64,000 nt of DNA from Magnetococcales bacterium (GCA_015660855.1 JACSDG010000027.1:5305-69304), one strand, 5' to 3'. Shown: positions 29,448-39,817, counted from the first letter of the stretch. Translations and numbers: made by a program. The notes: generated from the letters alone by a model not told the origin.

Positions 29448-30679
29448 AGGTTGTGGTTTCCGCCTATGCTTGCGAACCGGGCCTGGGATCGGAACCGGAA
29501 GTGGGATGGCAGTGGGTGTTGCAGTTGGCCCGGTTTTACGATGTGTGGGTGTTTACCAGGGAAAACAACAGTGCCTCCATTCGGGCTTCGGGAGTTTTGG
29601 AAACATGTCCCGGGCTTCATTTTAAATTTTATGACCTTCCTTTGTGGTTGCGGTTTTGGAAAAAGGGGGGGCGTGGAGTCCATCTGTACTATCTGTTGTG
29701 GCAATGGGGGGCTTGGTTGCGGGCCTGGGGGCTGCACCGCCGGGAAAAATTTGATTTTTGTCACCATGTCACCTTCAGTGCCATGTACCATTTTCCCGTT
29801 TTTTCTCTCCTTCCCATCCCTTTTGTCTGGGGGCCGGTAGGGGGAGGGGAAACATTACCCTTTCGTTTTGTGGCGGGTTATCGTTGGCGGCATCGATTTC
29901 GGGAAGGTCTGCGCATCCTCCTTGGGATCGTTACCCGGATCAATCCGCTTTTCTACCTGGCCTGTTATCGCAGTCGTTTGATTTTGGCAGCGACCGAGCA
30001 AACCCGGATGACCATTCCCAGGGTGTTTCAAAATCGGGTGGTGTTGGAAGCTCAGATCGGGATGCCCGGTCACGCTTCCAACATCAAGATGGCCAACACC
30101 AAAGACGCCATCCGGTTTATCACGGCGAGCCGACATGTTTATTGGAAAGGGATTGATCTCCTCCTCTACGCTTTCCGCCATTATCTGGATGCGGGGGAGA
30201 CGGGCGGACGGTTGACCATCCTGGGACATGGTCCGGAGACTCCCCACCTCAAGGAGTTATGTCAACGGCTTGGGTTGGATGGTCACGTCCATTTTACCGC
30301 GCGTCTTCCTGCCAGGGAGATGGTATTGGATGCCTTTGCCCAGGCCGATGTTTTCGTCTACGCCAGTGTTTTGGAATGCGCCGGGTATGTGGTTTTGGAA
30401 GCTTTGTCCATGGGGACGCCGGTGGTCTGTCTTGATTTACCCGGTCCTGGTGAAATTGTCGATGACCAGTGTGGAATTCGGGTAGCGGCAAAAAATCCCC
30501 AGGAGGCCATTCAGGGGATGGCACGGGCCATGATTACCCTGACCCAGGATCGCCAACGCCTGGTCCGGTTGACCCGAGGGACAAAACAGCGGGTTGAAAA
30601 ACAGTTTTTGTGGAATCTTAAGGGAGAGCGTCTTTACCGCCTGATATTCCAGAAAGGTTATCGTTCACCCAATCCCTGA
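29432..30679 (+). CDS. Family 4 (GT-B) glycosyltransferase
   Basis: 415-aa ORF. N-terminal VVVSAYACEPGLGSEPEVGWQW. C-terminal EGYVVLEALSMGTPVVCLDLPGPGEIV (E-x7-E-type region). The GTG start overlaps the previous stop by 16 nt. Confidence 0.8.
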   Translation: MEKRLKVVVSAYACEPGLGSEPEVGWQWVLQLARFYDVWVFTRENNSASIRASGVLETCPGLHFKFYDLPLWLRFWKKGGRGVHLYYLLWQWGAWLRAWGLHRREKFDFCHHVTFSAMYHFPVFSLLPIPFVWGPVGGGETLPFRFVAGYRWRHRFREGLRILLGIVTRINPLFYLACYRSRLILAATEQTRMTIPRVFQNRVVLEAQIGMPGHASNIKMANTKDAIRFITASRHVYWKGIDLLLYAFRHYLDAGETGGRLTILGHGPETPHLKELCQRLGLDGHVHFTARLPAREMVLDAFAQADVFVYASVLECAGYVVLEALSMGTPVVCLDLPGPGEIVDDQCGIRVAAKNPQEAIQGMARAMITLTQDRQRLVRLTRGTKQRVEKQFLWNLKGERLYRLIFQKGYRSPNP

Positions 30680-30711
30680 ATGTATCGGAAAAGCAAAGCA
30701 ACCCACCCTGG

Positions 30712-31350
30712 TTATTTCGTTAAGGATTCCCATTTATTGCTGACCTGCAACATGCGTGGGTCTGAAACGATCAGGTGCCAGATGACCCCCTGAAATCCTT
30801 CGGAATGGGGGGTGACATTGGCCGGATTGACGGTTGGAACGATGACGCAGGCATTGGCAACGCGGGCGGTAAAGCCACCGTCCCGACCGACGATGCCCAG
30901 AATGGCTGCTTTTTGTTGCACGGCATATTCCAGGGCGTGGACAATGTTGGCACTGACATTTTTTTCTTTGTTGCCGCCGCCGACAGAGAGGACAAAGACG
31001 GCGTCTTTGTGATTCAAGTGACTGCCTTTTAACCATTCAACGAAAACGGTGGACCACCCTTCATCGTTGGTACGGGCGGTCAATTCCGCGACGTTATCGA
31101 CGGGGGTGTAGACTTCCATTCTGGCGAGTTTGCGAAAATCGTTGACGGCATGTGTACAATTGGCGGCACTCCCCCCGACTCCCAGAAAAAACAGCCGCCC
31201 TCCTTGTTCACGGATCGCCAGTAACTTTTGAATCATGGCTTCGATCTGTTTGCGATCAATCTGTTCCAGAATGGCAATAGCTTCGCTAAAATATTGGTCT
31301 ACATAGGAATGAGACATAGGGGTATCGCATCCTGTTTTCATTGGGTTCAT
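30712..31350 (-). CDS. SIS-domain sugar-phosphate isomerase (GmhA-like)
   Basis: GGRLFFLGVGGSAANCTHAVNDFRK and VFVLSVGGGN are SIS-domain motifs. The alternative start at ATG 31317 (MSHSYVDQYF...) is equally plausible. Confidence 0.75.
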   Translation of the reverse strand: MNPMKTGCDTPMSHSYVDQYFSEAIAILEQIDRKQIEAMIQKLLAIREQGGRLFFLGVGGSAANCTHAVNDFRKLARMEVYTPVDNVAELTARTNDEGWSTVFVEWLKGSHLNHKDAVFVLSVGGGNKEKNVSANIVHALEYAVQQKAAILGIVGRDGGFTARVANACVIVPTVNPANVTPHSEGFQGVIWHLIVSDPRMLQVSNKWESLTK

Positions 31351-31519
31351 TTTATAAGTGCGGGAGCGGCGACGCGCACGTCTGGCTGCGCCACTTGCCA
31401 GTGTTATCCTTCCATCATCGGCACATAGTTATCCGGACTGTCTCGCGACGCAAGGAAAAAATCAGTTGCGCCCAGACCAGGACGAAAAAGGTTGGTTGAT
31501 CTACCAAGCCATCTCCCCC

Positions 31520-33139
31520 TCACTTTGTTTTTCTGGATCGCATGAATATGCGCATGAGCGCATGCACAGAAATCCCAGTCAAGGTGAAGAGCACAAACCC
31601 TTTTCCTATGGTATGCAGCCATGGGTTGTTCTTGCGGCCAGGCATATAGATTCCCTCAACCCCATCCATACGTCCGCCATTCCGGTGACAATCCCGACAT
31701 TGGAGTGCCTGTTCCTTGGGTGCCACCATGTGGGTCAGCGGAAAATTCATGACCGCTCGAATGAAACCAACCTCACCACTGAAAGGGATTTCCACCGCTT
31801 TCATCCCCGCAGTGACCGATCGTTTCCAATCGGAGGAAACCTCAAAAGCCTCCTTATCGTCACTGTTGCTTTTATTCAGGTGATTGACCACCAGGTTTTT
31901 ATTGACCGGATCGTACGGCATCATCGCAAACATGCGCTTGAAAGGCCAAATTCTCGCATTGGGGTCATTGGCGTCGCCAAACACGCGATTGACATGGGCG
32001 ATGGCAACATCTCCCAGAGGATCCTTCGGGCTAAGGTATTCAACCTTGCCGTTAAACCAAGCGTATCGTGGCGTAATATTTCCAGCCCAGATGGAAGTTC
32101 CATGGGTGGAACTGTGCTTGAAACTCATTTTTTCGGAAAAATGCCCCGACTCTCGAAGAATGTCTGGAACCTCTGAGTTACCCTTTGCGTTGCCAGCGGT
32201 TCGCCAGTCCCAATGCACCATGGTATCCACACCGCCACGGGCCACAAAGGGGATATGACAGGTTTGGCAGGCCACCCGGTCTACATGATCGTCCAGTTTG
32301 AAATTGTTTGGGTGCGGCGAGTTACCATGGCAGGAGGCGCATGAGGTATACGTGGCATCCGATTTGCCGGGGCGGTCAATTCCCAGGGAATCGTGAGCCT
32401 TCATGGTATACCGTGATCCGGTGATACGATGTCCGTCGGCGTTGTGACACGCGGTGCATTGAAAATTAAGCCCACTCGCGTTCATATGCACGTCCAGAGT
32501 ACGACCGGGGTTTTCCAGTGACGAATCCAGATCCCCATGTTTGGCCCCATCGCCCGATCCCCCCCGAAAATGGCAGGAACCACAATTGGCACGACTTGGA
32601 CGATTCACACTCTTTGCCAAGGCAACGTAATCCGGGCGTTTGATGACCTTGTCCTTGAATTTTAATTCTGACCAGCCATAGTTGTATTTATTATATTTTC
32701 CCGTACCTTCATGACAAACCAGACAGTCCACCATGTCATCTTCAACCTGGGTGATGGTGGGATCCTGCCAACCATAACCAACGTGACAGGAGGTACATTC
32801 GCGCATGTTGCTCGTGGTCGCCCCACAAAAAGTGTTGAGAACATGCTTCTTGCCGTAAATCTTTCCTGTTAAAGGTTCAGTAAATTCCCATGTCCAGTGG
32901 ACACTTTTGCGAACCAGGGTCGATGCCTCGGTGTGACAACTCAGGCAGGCGCGCGTCACCTCACGACCCGATGCAAAGGGGCCATCCAGAATGGAAAGTT
33001 TGTCATGCCGGGTCGTTGAAATGGGATTGGCAAGTTGTTCTTCTCCTCGGGCTTTCGCCGAAGAGAAAAGGGCAAAACAGACTCCGAACGCCACGATGTG
33101 TGAACACCTGGACGCGACCTCACGAAAGATCACAGGCAA
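31520..33139 (-). CDS. Octaheme c-type cytochrome, tetrathionate-reductase (OTR) family
   Basis: 539-aa ORF with a signal peptide. Exactly eight CxxCH motifs (CLSCH, CTSCH, CLVCH, CGSCH, CTACH, CASCH, CQTCH, CRDCH). NCGSCHFRGGSGDGAKHGDL resembles the OTR-family signature. C-terminal hydrophobic helix (GFVLFTLTGISVHALMRIF). Confidence 0.85.
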   Translation of the reverse strand: MPVIFREVASRCSHIVAFGVCFALFSSAKARGEEQLANPISTTRHDKLSILDGPFASGREVTRACLSCHTEASTLVRKSVHWTWEFTEPLTGKIYGKKHVLNTFCGATTSNMRECTSCHVGYGWQDPTITQVEDDMVDCLVCHEGTGKYNKYNYGWSELKFKDKVIKRPDYVALAKSVNRPSRANCGSCHFRGGSGDGAKHGDLDSSLENPGRTLDVHMNASGLNFQCTACHNADGHRITGSRYTMKAHDSLGIDRPGKSDATYTSCASCHGNSPHPNNFKLDDHVDRVACQTCHIPFVARGGVDTMVHWDWRTAGNAKGNSEVPDILRESGHFSEKMSFKHSSTHGTSIWAGNITPRYAWFNGKVEYLSPKDPLGDVAIAHVNRVFGDANDPNARIWPFKRMFAMMPYDPVNKNLVVNHLNKSNSDDKEAFEVSSDWKRSVTAGMKAVEIPFSGEVGFIRAVMNFPLTHMVAPKEQALQCRDCHRNGGRMDGVEGIYMPGRKNNPWLHTIGKGFVLFTLTGISVHALMRIFMRSRKTK

Positions 33140-33648
33140 CGCCCCCCTGCCTCCTTGAGGATCATATCCACCGAGTCATGTCCCTTTTCTTTGGCCAGCA
33201 AACGGGCCGTCGCCCCTTCGTTGTTCATTGTGTTAATCGACGCATTGGCCCCCACCAAAACCATAACTGTCGCCTCATGGCCAAGCTGAGAGGCGAACAT
33301 TAACGCCGTCATTCCATCCTTGTTTTGGAGGTTAACATCGGCACCACGATCAACCAGCAACTGGGCGATGTCGTTTTTGCCCTTTTGCGCCGCGACCATC
33401 AGGGCGGTATTGCCGCCTTCGTCCCGACCGTTGATGGCCACACCCTGCTCAAGAAAAACTTTAACCTGTACCACCGATTCCGCAGCAACCGCATGGATCA
33501 GGGGAGAAGGTTGACCTACCACAGCCTTGACATCTTTTGTCGTACCCGCTGGCGTGTTGACGGCCTCGCCCGCCGTGGGTTCAGCCTGAATTTCAAGAGA
33601 GTACAAACTCACGCAGCAAAGTACAGATAACACCAAGCGCAATAACAT
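33130..33648 (-). CDS. Exported ankyrin-repeat protein
   Basis: Signal peptide MLLRLVLSVLCCVSLYSLEIQA. At least three ankyrin repeats (GNTALMVAAQKGKNDIAQLLVDRGADVN, DGMTALMFASQLGHEATVMVLVGANASIN, EGATARLLAKEKGHDSVDMIL). The stop overlaps the cytochrome start by 10 nt. Confidence 0.8.
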   Translation of the reverse strand: MLLRLVLSVLCCVSLYSLEIQAEPTAGEAVNTPAGTTKDVKAVVGQPSPLIHAVAAESVVQVKVFLEQGVAINGRDEGGNTALMVAAQKGKNDIAQLLVDRGADVNLQNKDGMTALMFASQLGHEATVMVLVGANASINTMNNEGATARLLAKEKGHDSVDMILKEAGGRCL

Positions 33649-33836
33649 GATCGTGTCCTTGCTATTATGTCCACAGGTAAGAAAAGTCCAGTGCCAGATT
33701 TTTTTTATCCACGATCGACGAACTGCGATCTCCACGCGATTAAGGAATCCGGCTTATGGAACATCCCAAAAGGGGAGACAATATAGAAAACTGGCCACGG
33801 GTTCAACAGGTGGAGAAACGTGACCTCTCTCTCAGA

Positions 33837-33877
33837 CTCCCGCAACAATTTTTTCCAAACTTTGTTTTTCCGATACG
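33837..33877. repeat. Isolated outer module A of the intergenic repeat (reverse)
   Basis: CTCCCGCAACAATTTTTTCCAAACTTTGTTTTTCCGATACG compares with CCCCCGCAGAAATTTTCGCCAAACCTTGATTTTTCCGATACA at 6781-6822. Confidence 0.7.
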
Positions 33878-34020
33878 TTGAAATCCAGGACCGCCGGAGC
33901 ATGGAAAAACTGTTTCGGTGTGATCCGACCTTAACGGGGTGGTCCTTGAAATATGGGCTTTTCTTTGTTACACATCCAAGGTAGAAACCAACCCATCCTC
34001 CCGATCACCATGATGTCATC

Positions 34021-34308
34021 ATGTCCATTCAAGCCGAAACCGTCAAGCAGGTTGCTGTTCTTGCTAGGCTGAAAATTGCAGACGAGGCACTGCCCGCCTT
34101 CGTCCAACAAATGTCCAATATCCTCAGCCTGGTGGAACAACTCAACGAACTGGATACCCAAAACATCGCCCCCATGTCCCACGCCCTGGATATGCCCATT
34201 CCCGAACGACCAGACATTGTTTGCAATGCGAATCGCAAAGAGGCCATGCTGTCCAACGCCCCCGACTGCGTTGATGGTTATTTCCAGGTTCCAAAAATCA
34301 TTGAATAA
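34021..34308 (+). CDS. gatC: Asp/Glu-tRNA(Asn/Gln) amidotransferase subunit C
   Basis: 95-aa ORF. VKQVAVLARLKIADEALPAFVQQMSNILSLVEQLNELDT. Followed by gatA and gatB. Confidence 0.9.
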   Translation: MSIQAETVKQVAVLARLKIADEALPAFVQQMSNILSLVEQLNELDTQNIAPMSHALDMPIPERPDIVCNANRKEAMLSNAPDCVDGYFQVPKIIE

Positions 34309-34332
34309 TCCTCCATAGATCGGAGTATCCCC

Positions 34333-35790
34333 GTGGATCCCAGCCAATTGACCCTTGTTCAGACCCAATCCATGTTACGCGCACGCCAAATCAGTGCCCG
34401 TGAACTGGCCATCGCCTTTCTCGACCGCATCGATCGTATCAATCCCGACATTAACGCCTTCATTACCGTGGATCGGGAAGGTGCCCTGCGTGCGGCGCAA
34501 CAGGCCGATGAGCGGTTACACCAGGGCAACGCGACTCCTATGACCGGTATTCCCATCGGGGTCAAGGATTTGTTCTGCACCGAAAATTTGCGTACCACCT
34601 GTGGCTCGAAAATGCTCTCCCGCTTTATCCCCCCTTACGAATCCACCGTCACCCGCAAACTGAAAGAGGCCGGAGCCGTCATCCTTGGTAAAACCAACAT
34701 GGACGAGTTCGCCATGGGTTCTTCCAACGAAACCTCCTGGTTTGGGCCGGTCAAAAATCCCTGGGATCCCCAGCGCATTCCCGGTGGCTCTTCTGGTGGT
34801 TCCGCTGCCGCCCTCGCCGCAGGCCTCGCCCTGGCAACCATCGGTACCGATACCGGAGGTTCCATTCGGCAACCGGCGGCACTCACCGGCATTACCGGGC
34901 TGAAACCCACCTATGGCCGCGTCTCCCGGTATGGAATGATCGCCTTCGCTTCGTCTCTCGACCAGGCCGGTCCCATGGCCAGGTCGGCGGAAGATGCCGC
35001 CGTGGTCCTTCAATGTATCGCCGGACACGATGCCCAGGATTCCACCAGCATCCGGGCCGACGTGCCCGATTATGCCAAAACCCTTTATCCCCGCATGGAC
35101 GCCATTCGTATCGGCATCCCCACCGAATACCGTCCCGACAACCTTCTGCCCGAAATCCAACAAGCCCTGGAAAAGGCCGAGCAGATTTTTCGTGATCTGG
35201 GGGCTGTCCTCGTGCCGGTATCGCTGCCCCATACCCGCTACGCCATCCCCACCTATTACATTATTGCCCCGGCTGAGGCATCTTCCAACCTAGCCCGCTA
35301 CGACGGCATACGTTTTGGTTATCGTTGCCAGGATCCGGTAGACTTGAAAGACCTGTATACCCGGACCCGGACCGAAGGTTTTGGTGACGAAGTCAAACGG
35401 CGTATCATGCTGGGCACGTATGTCCTGTCATCGGGATATTACGATGCCTACTATCGCAAAGCCCAAAAGGTGCGCCGCCTGATCGCTAACGATTTTCATG
35501 AGGCTTTCAAAAGTGTTGACCTGCTTTTGACTCCAACCACACCGACCACTGCTTTTCCCCTGGGAGATAAAATTGACGATCCCGTGGCCATGTATCTGTC
35601 CGACCTGTTTACCATCAACGTCAACCTAGCGGGTCTCCCCGGAATCTCCATTCCTTGCGGCACCGATGCGCAGGGTCTGCCCATCGGCATGCAATTGATT
35701 GCCCCCATCCTCAAGGAAGAAAATCTTCTGTCGGCGGCGCACGCTTTTCAGACCGCGACCACATGGCATCAACGCAAACCGGAACTGTGA
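34333..35790 (+). CDS. gatA: Asp/Glu-tRNA(Asn/Gln) amidotransferase subunit A
   Basis: 485-aa ORF. Amidase signature [51 protein letters not shown]. Confidence 0.95.
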   Translation: MDPSQLTLVQTQSMLRARQISARELAIAFLDRIDRINPDINAFITVDREGALRAAQQADERLHQGNATPMTGIPIGVKDLFCTENLRTTCGSKMLSRFIPPYESTVTRKLKEAGAVILGKTNMDEFAMGSSNETSWFGPVKNPWDPQRIPGGSSGGSAAALAAGLALATIGTDTGGSIRQPAALTGITGLKPTYGRVSRYGMIAFASSLDQAGPMARSAEDAAVVLQCIAGHDAQDSTSIRADVPDYAKTLYPRMDAIRIGIPTEYRPDNLLPEIQQALEKAEQIFRDLGAVLVPVSLPHTRYAIPTYYIIAPAEASSNLARYDGIRFGYRCQDPVDLKDLYTRTRTEGFGDEVKRRIMLGTYVLSSGYYDAYYRKAQKVRRLIANDFHEAFKSVDLLLTPTTPTTAFPLGDKIDDPVAMYLSDLFTINVNLAGLPGISIPCGTDAQGLPIGMQLIAPILKEENLLSAAHAFQTATTWHQRKPEL

Positions 35791-35794
35791 ACCC

Positions 35795-37181
35795 ATGGCA
35801 CACGATCCCCTCTATGAAACCGTCATCGGCCTTGAAGTCCACGCCCAGATGCGAACGCAGTCCAAAATTTTTTGCGGCTGTTCCACCACCTTCGGGGCCG
35901 AGGCCAATACCCAGATTTGTCCTGTTTGCGCCGCATTGCCCGGTGTTTTGCCTGTCCTCAACACCGAACTGGTGCAAATGGCCATCAAAACCGGTTTGGC
36001 GATCCAGGGAAAAATTCGGGAAAGGTCGGAATTTTCCCGGAAAAATTATTTTTATCCCGACCTTCCCGCAGGCTACCAGATTTCCCAGTTTGAACTCCCC
36101 ATCATCGAACAGGGAGAGTTGCACGTTGTTACCGATGACGGCAACAAAAAAAAGATTGGGATTACCCGTATCCATATGGAAGTGGACGCCGGCAAAAGTT
36201 TGCACGAAGGGATTCAAGGATTTTCATGGATCGATCTGAATCGGACAGGGACACCGCTCCTGGAAATTGTCTCTGAACCGGATCTGCGTTCCTCCCAGGA
36301 GGCGGGGGCTTATCTGAAAAAATTACGTTCCATCCTGCGCTATCTGCAAGTTTGCGACGGTAATATGGAGGAGGGATCTTTTCGTTGCGATGCCAACGTG
36401 TCGGTACGCAAACAGGGTCAAACCCGACTGGGGACACGTACCGAACTGAAAAATCTTAACTCCATCCGTAGGTGTCGTTGTCCAGGAAACCCGACTTTGG
36501 GACGCCACCTTGAACACCACCCGTCCCATGCGCGGCAAGGAAGAGGCCCACGATTATCGTTATTTCCCAGAACCCGATCTCCCCCCGCTGGTGATTCATC
36601 AGGACCGCATTGATGCCATGGCGCAGCAATTGCCGGAACTGCCCGATGCCAAAGCCCAACGCTTCAGTTCTGAACTTGGACTGTCGGAATACGACGCTGG
36701 CGTTTTGACCGCCAGTCGGGAAATGGCTATCTACTTTGAAGAAACTGTCCATTTGGGGGCGCACCCCAAAACGGCTGCCAACTGGATCACCGTGGAATTA
36801 TTGGGGCGACTCAATCGCGAAGGATTGGATATTGATCAGTCGCGGGTGTCCCCAAACCATATGGGTCGATTGATCAACCTGATACAAAACAATGAAATCT
36901 CTGGAAAAATTGCCAAACAGGTCTTTGATGTCATGTTTGAAACCGGGGACGATCCTGAAACCATTGTCCAAAAACGAGGTCTCAAACAGGTCAGCGACAC
37001 CGGGGCCATCGAAGCCGTGGTCGATAAAATTTTGGCCGACAATCCTCTCCAGGTGCAACAATACCGGGAAGGAAAAACAAAGGTGATTGGTTTTCTTGTG
37101 GGGCAAATCATGAAGGCGACTCAGGGAAAAGCCAATCCGGCCGCAGTCAATGCCATACTGCAAGACAGACTTTCCGGATGA
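35795..37181 (+). pseudogene. gatB: Asp/Glu-tRNA(Asn/Gln) amidotransferase subunit B (gatB), frame broken by a short internal deletion at ~36470
   Basis: Frame 1 (35795..36613) reads [31 protein letters not shown]...[12 protein letters not shown] and then nonsense. Frame 2 (from ~36471 to 37181) reads [42 protein letters not shown]...GFLVGQIMKATQGKANP. The ~20 residues normally between NLNSxR(F) and GGxVVQETR are missing. Confidence 0.85.
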
Positions 37182-39421
37182 TCCGCTTTTTCTCTTTTAT
37201 CCTTTTGCTTTTAATTCTGGTTCTGGCGTTCGTGCCATTGGAAACGCTGTCTATCTTCGATGTGGACCGGCATCGGGGTCGCATTCGGCAAATAGTGGAA
37301 AATATTACGGGGCACAAAGTGCAAATCGAAAGGGTGGACTACAATCCTTTTAACGGATTGTTTACCCTGGAGGTGATTGATTTGGAAGTGGAGGCCAGCG
37401 ACCCCGACAATCCGCCGTTGTTGCTGGCTCCCAAGGTACTTCTGGGAATTAGTGTGTGGTCGCTCCTGTTGCGCCAGCCTGAATTGGCGACCATTACCTT
37501 CGTCAATCCGCAGATCAACGTCGTTGCCCATCGCAGCCAAAAATGGATCGATCAGGCCCAGGACAAGGCATTGGCCAGTGATCGTAACATGACTCAGGAA
37601 CTTGGCAGTGGTCTGACTGGACTGACCCTCGGCAAAATTTCGATCCAAAATGGTATTTTTACCTTCATCGACCGTGCCCGCCTGACCGAAGGTACTCTGA
37701 TCGTTGATCACATCCATCTTGGTTTGCATGCCCTCTCACCCAATCGTGCCTCACCATTGACCGCCACCGCCCGGATTCACAATATTCCATTTGTCGTCAA
37801 TGGTCAGGTGGGACCTCTGCCCGATTCGTTGGATCCCCTGGAAATGCCTTTGCTGTTGAGCCTGGATGCAAAATCCTCGGGTCTGGCCGATTTTAACGAT
37901 ATGTTTCCCGACAGCCATGTTCAGGCCCGATTGTCGCGGGGATATTTGACTACCATGCTCCATGGAACCCTGAATTCCGGGTTGGAAACTTCAAGTTGGA
38001 TCCAACTGGACGGGTTGGAACTGGTGAACACAGACAAATTGGTGGCCAATGAAAAAAAATTTTTCTGGAATTTTGGGGTGGCGCGCGCCATCAAGGAGGG
38101 GCCTAGATTCATGGATGTCGCTTTTCGCCAAAAATCCAAACTGATTCTGAATCGCGATCACAAGTCAACATTGGCGTTTGAAGAATGTTTTGTTTATCTC
38201 AATGGCACTCCAATTATTGAAATGCAGGGCAATGTTATTGGCGGCCTGAGCGGGATTTTGGATTTTGAGTTTAATTTCTTGGACAGTGTCAGTTTTCAGC
38301 GTCTGCCAGGCTCCCAGTTTTTTCCCCTGGGAGGTGGTACGCCAACGGGGAAAATCTTTGTGAAAGGTTCCTGGCCCGAAGGGGTGGAAATTCGCAGTCA
38401 ACTGGATCTGTCCCCAACGACCATTCATCTGCCGCCCTTCGTCAAGAATGAGGCGGTTCCATTGAGTATGACCGCCACGGCGCAATTTTCCAATGAGCGG
38501 TTTCATATCCAAAACAGCCGATTTTCCAACCCTGGCGATGCAACATCGGCCATGGAATTTTCCGGATTGATTTTACCTACTTTGGCGTTACAGGGGATAG
38601 GTCGTTGGCCATTGGCGCAACTCGCCGATTATTTTCCCATCATTGCCCCATGGAGTCCCTTCGGGGAAATGGATTTGGAAATGGTGATGACGACTGCCAA
38701 AAACGACATGCAGCCTGACCGGGCTTCTGGAATTTTGCGGGTCAAAGGGGGCAGAATCAATAATTTTTCTTTTGAAAAACTTGAAGTTCCATTTCGATGG
38801 ATTGATCCGGAATTACGTCTGTCCCATGTGCTTGTGGATATGGGGGATGGGCGTTTGGATGGTTTTTTCACCGTTGTGTCCAATGAAGGATCCCCGTGGT
38901 TTTATTCTGCCATGATCAATCCGACGGGTATTGCCATGGACAAATTGCCCACGGCATGGATTGAGAGTGAGGCCAGGCTTGAGGGGTTGGTGTTTGGTTC
39001 TTTGAATTTCCAGGGCACGCTCAACAATTTTTTTATTCCCGAACCCGACACCATGACGGGTCATGGTTATTTATTTATTCAGCCGGGTCGATTGGGGGGT
39101 ATTGATCCGATCACCCTTTTCAAACCGCCCACAGAAAAGACGACCATTTCCAGTTCAGAACAATGGCTGTATTGGGATCGTGCCCAGGCGGGATTGCGAT
39201 GGAATCGCCAGGGGGTCCAGTTGGAAAAGTTTCAGATTCAGGGGGTTGATTTTCTTATGAAAGGGCAGGGACAGTGGAATTTCAAAGACAAACACTGGTT
39301 TGATCTTCAGGTTTTCAATGATTCCTCCCAGGAAGGGGGGGATGGTTTTCTGGTTCATGTGGAGGGTGATGACATTACCAAGGGATTGCGGATGATGCCG
39401 TTGTTGAAAGCACCGCCCTGA
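37178..39421 (+). CDS. AsmA-family outer-membrane biogenesis protein
   Basis: 747-aa ORF. N-terminal TM anchor (FFSFILLLLILVLAFVPL), then DVDRHRGRIRQIVENITGHKVQIERVDYNPFNGLFTLEVIDLEV, typical of the AsmA N-domain. Long beta-rich remainder. The ATG overlaps the gatB stop. Confidence 0.6.
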   Translation: MIRFFSFILLLLILVLAFVPLETLSIFDVDRHRGRIRQIVENITGHKVQIERVDYNPFNGLFTLEVIDLEVEASDPDNPPLLLAPKVLLGISVWSLLLRQPELATITFVNPQINVVAHRSQKWIDQAQDKALASDRNMTQELGSGLTGLTLGKISIQNGIFTFIDRARLTEGTLIVDHIHLGLHALSPNRASPLTATARIHNIPFVVNGQVGPLPDSLDPLEMPLLLSLDAKSSGLADFNDMFPDSHVQARLSRGYLTTMLHGTLNSGLETSSWIQLDGLELVNTDKLVANEKKFFWNFGVARAIKEGPRFMDVAFRQKSKLILNRDHKSTLAFEECFVYLNGTPIIEMQGNVIGGLSGILDFEFNFLDSVSFQRLPGSQFFPLGGGTPTGKIFVKGSWPEGVEIRSQLDLSPTTIHLPPFVKNEAVPLSMTATAQFSNERFHIQNSRFSNPGDATSAMEFSGLILPTLALQGIGRWPLAQLADYFPIIAPWSPFGEMDLEMVMTTAKNDMQPDRASGILRVKGGRINNFSFEKLEVPFRWIDPELRLSHVLVDMGDGRLDGFFTVVSNEGSPWFYSAMINPTGIAMDKLPTAWIESEARLEGLVFGSLNFQGTLNNFFIPEPDTMTGHGYLFIQPGRLGGIDPITLFKPPTEKTTISSSEQWLYWDRAQAGLRWNRQGVQLEKFQIQGVDFLMKGQGQWNFKDKHWFDLQVFNDSSQEGGDGFLVHVEGDDITKGLRMMPLLKAPP

Positions 39422-39427
39422 TGTAAT

Positions 39428-39810
39428 TATTCAGTCCCCACCCCGCCTTTTTTTCTTGACGTTTCGGAAAAACTAAAGTTTGGCAAAAAATTTTGCGGGG
39501 GTCCGGGGGGGATCATCCCCCCCGGCGGAGGTTTGGAGGCAGCAGCCCACAAGATTTTTCTTTTGACTTTGACTTTGACTTTGACTTTACTGCCCCCCAA
39601 GGGGGGTCTAGGGGCGCAGCCCCAGGGTTTTGATTTTGTTTTTTTGCCCGCAGGGCATCATGTTCAACATGATGCCCTGCGGGCACAAAGTCAAAACCAA
39701 AACCTTGGTGGGCTGCCGCCTCCAAACCTTCGCCGGGGGAGATGACCCCCCCGGACCCCCGCAATAGTTTCACCCCCAAAGCAGAGAGGAGGGGGGACCG
39801 AATGGTTACG
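39428..39810. repeat. Composite head-to-head (palindromic) double copy of the intergenic repeat, with a (GACTTT)4 insert
   Basis: The left arm has modules E'-A-B-C-F-D and the right arm D'-C'-B'-A'(inner)-E. Perfect 20-nt arms TGCCCGCAGGGCATCATGTT / AACATGATGCCCTGCGGGCA flank the central C at 39664. The GACTTT x4 run lies at ~39563-39588. Confidence 0.9.
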
Positions 39811-39817
39811 AATCGAG

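Noticed and set aside
39563-39588. (GACTTT)4 tract considered as a CRISPR or other spacer-repeat array
   Set aside because: The units are only 6 nt with no spacers, and no cas genes are present. It is a microsatellite embedded in module F of the repeat family.
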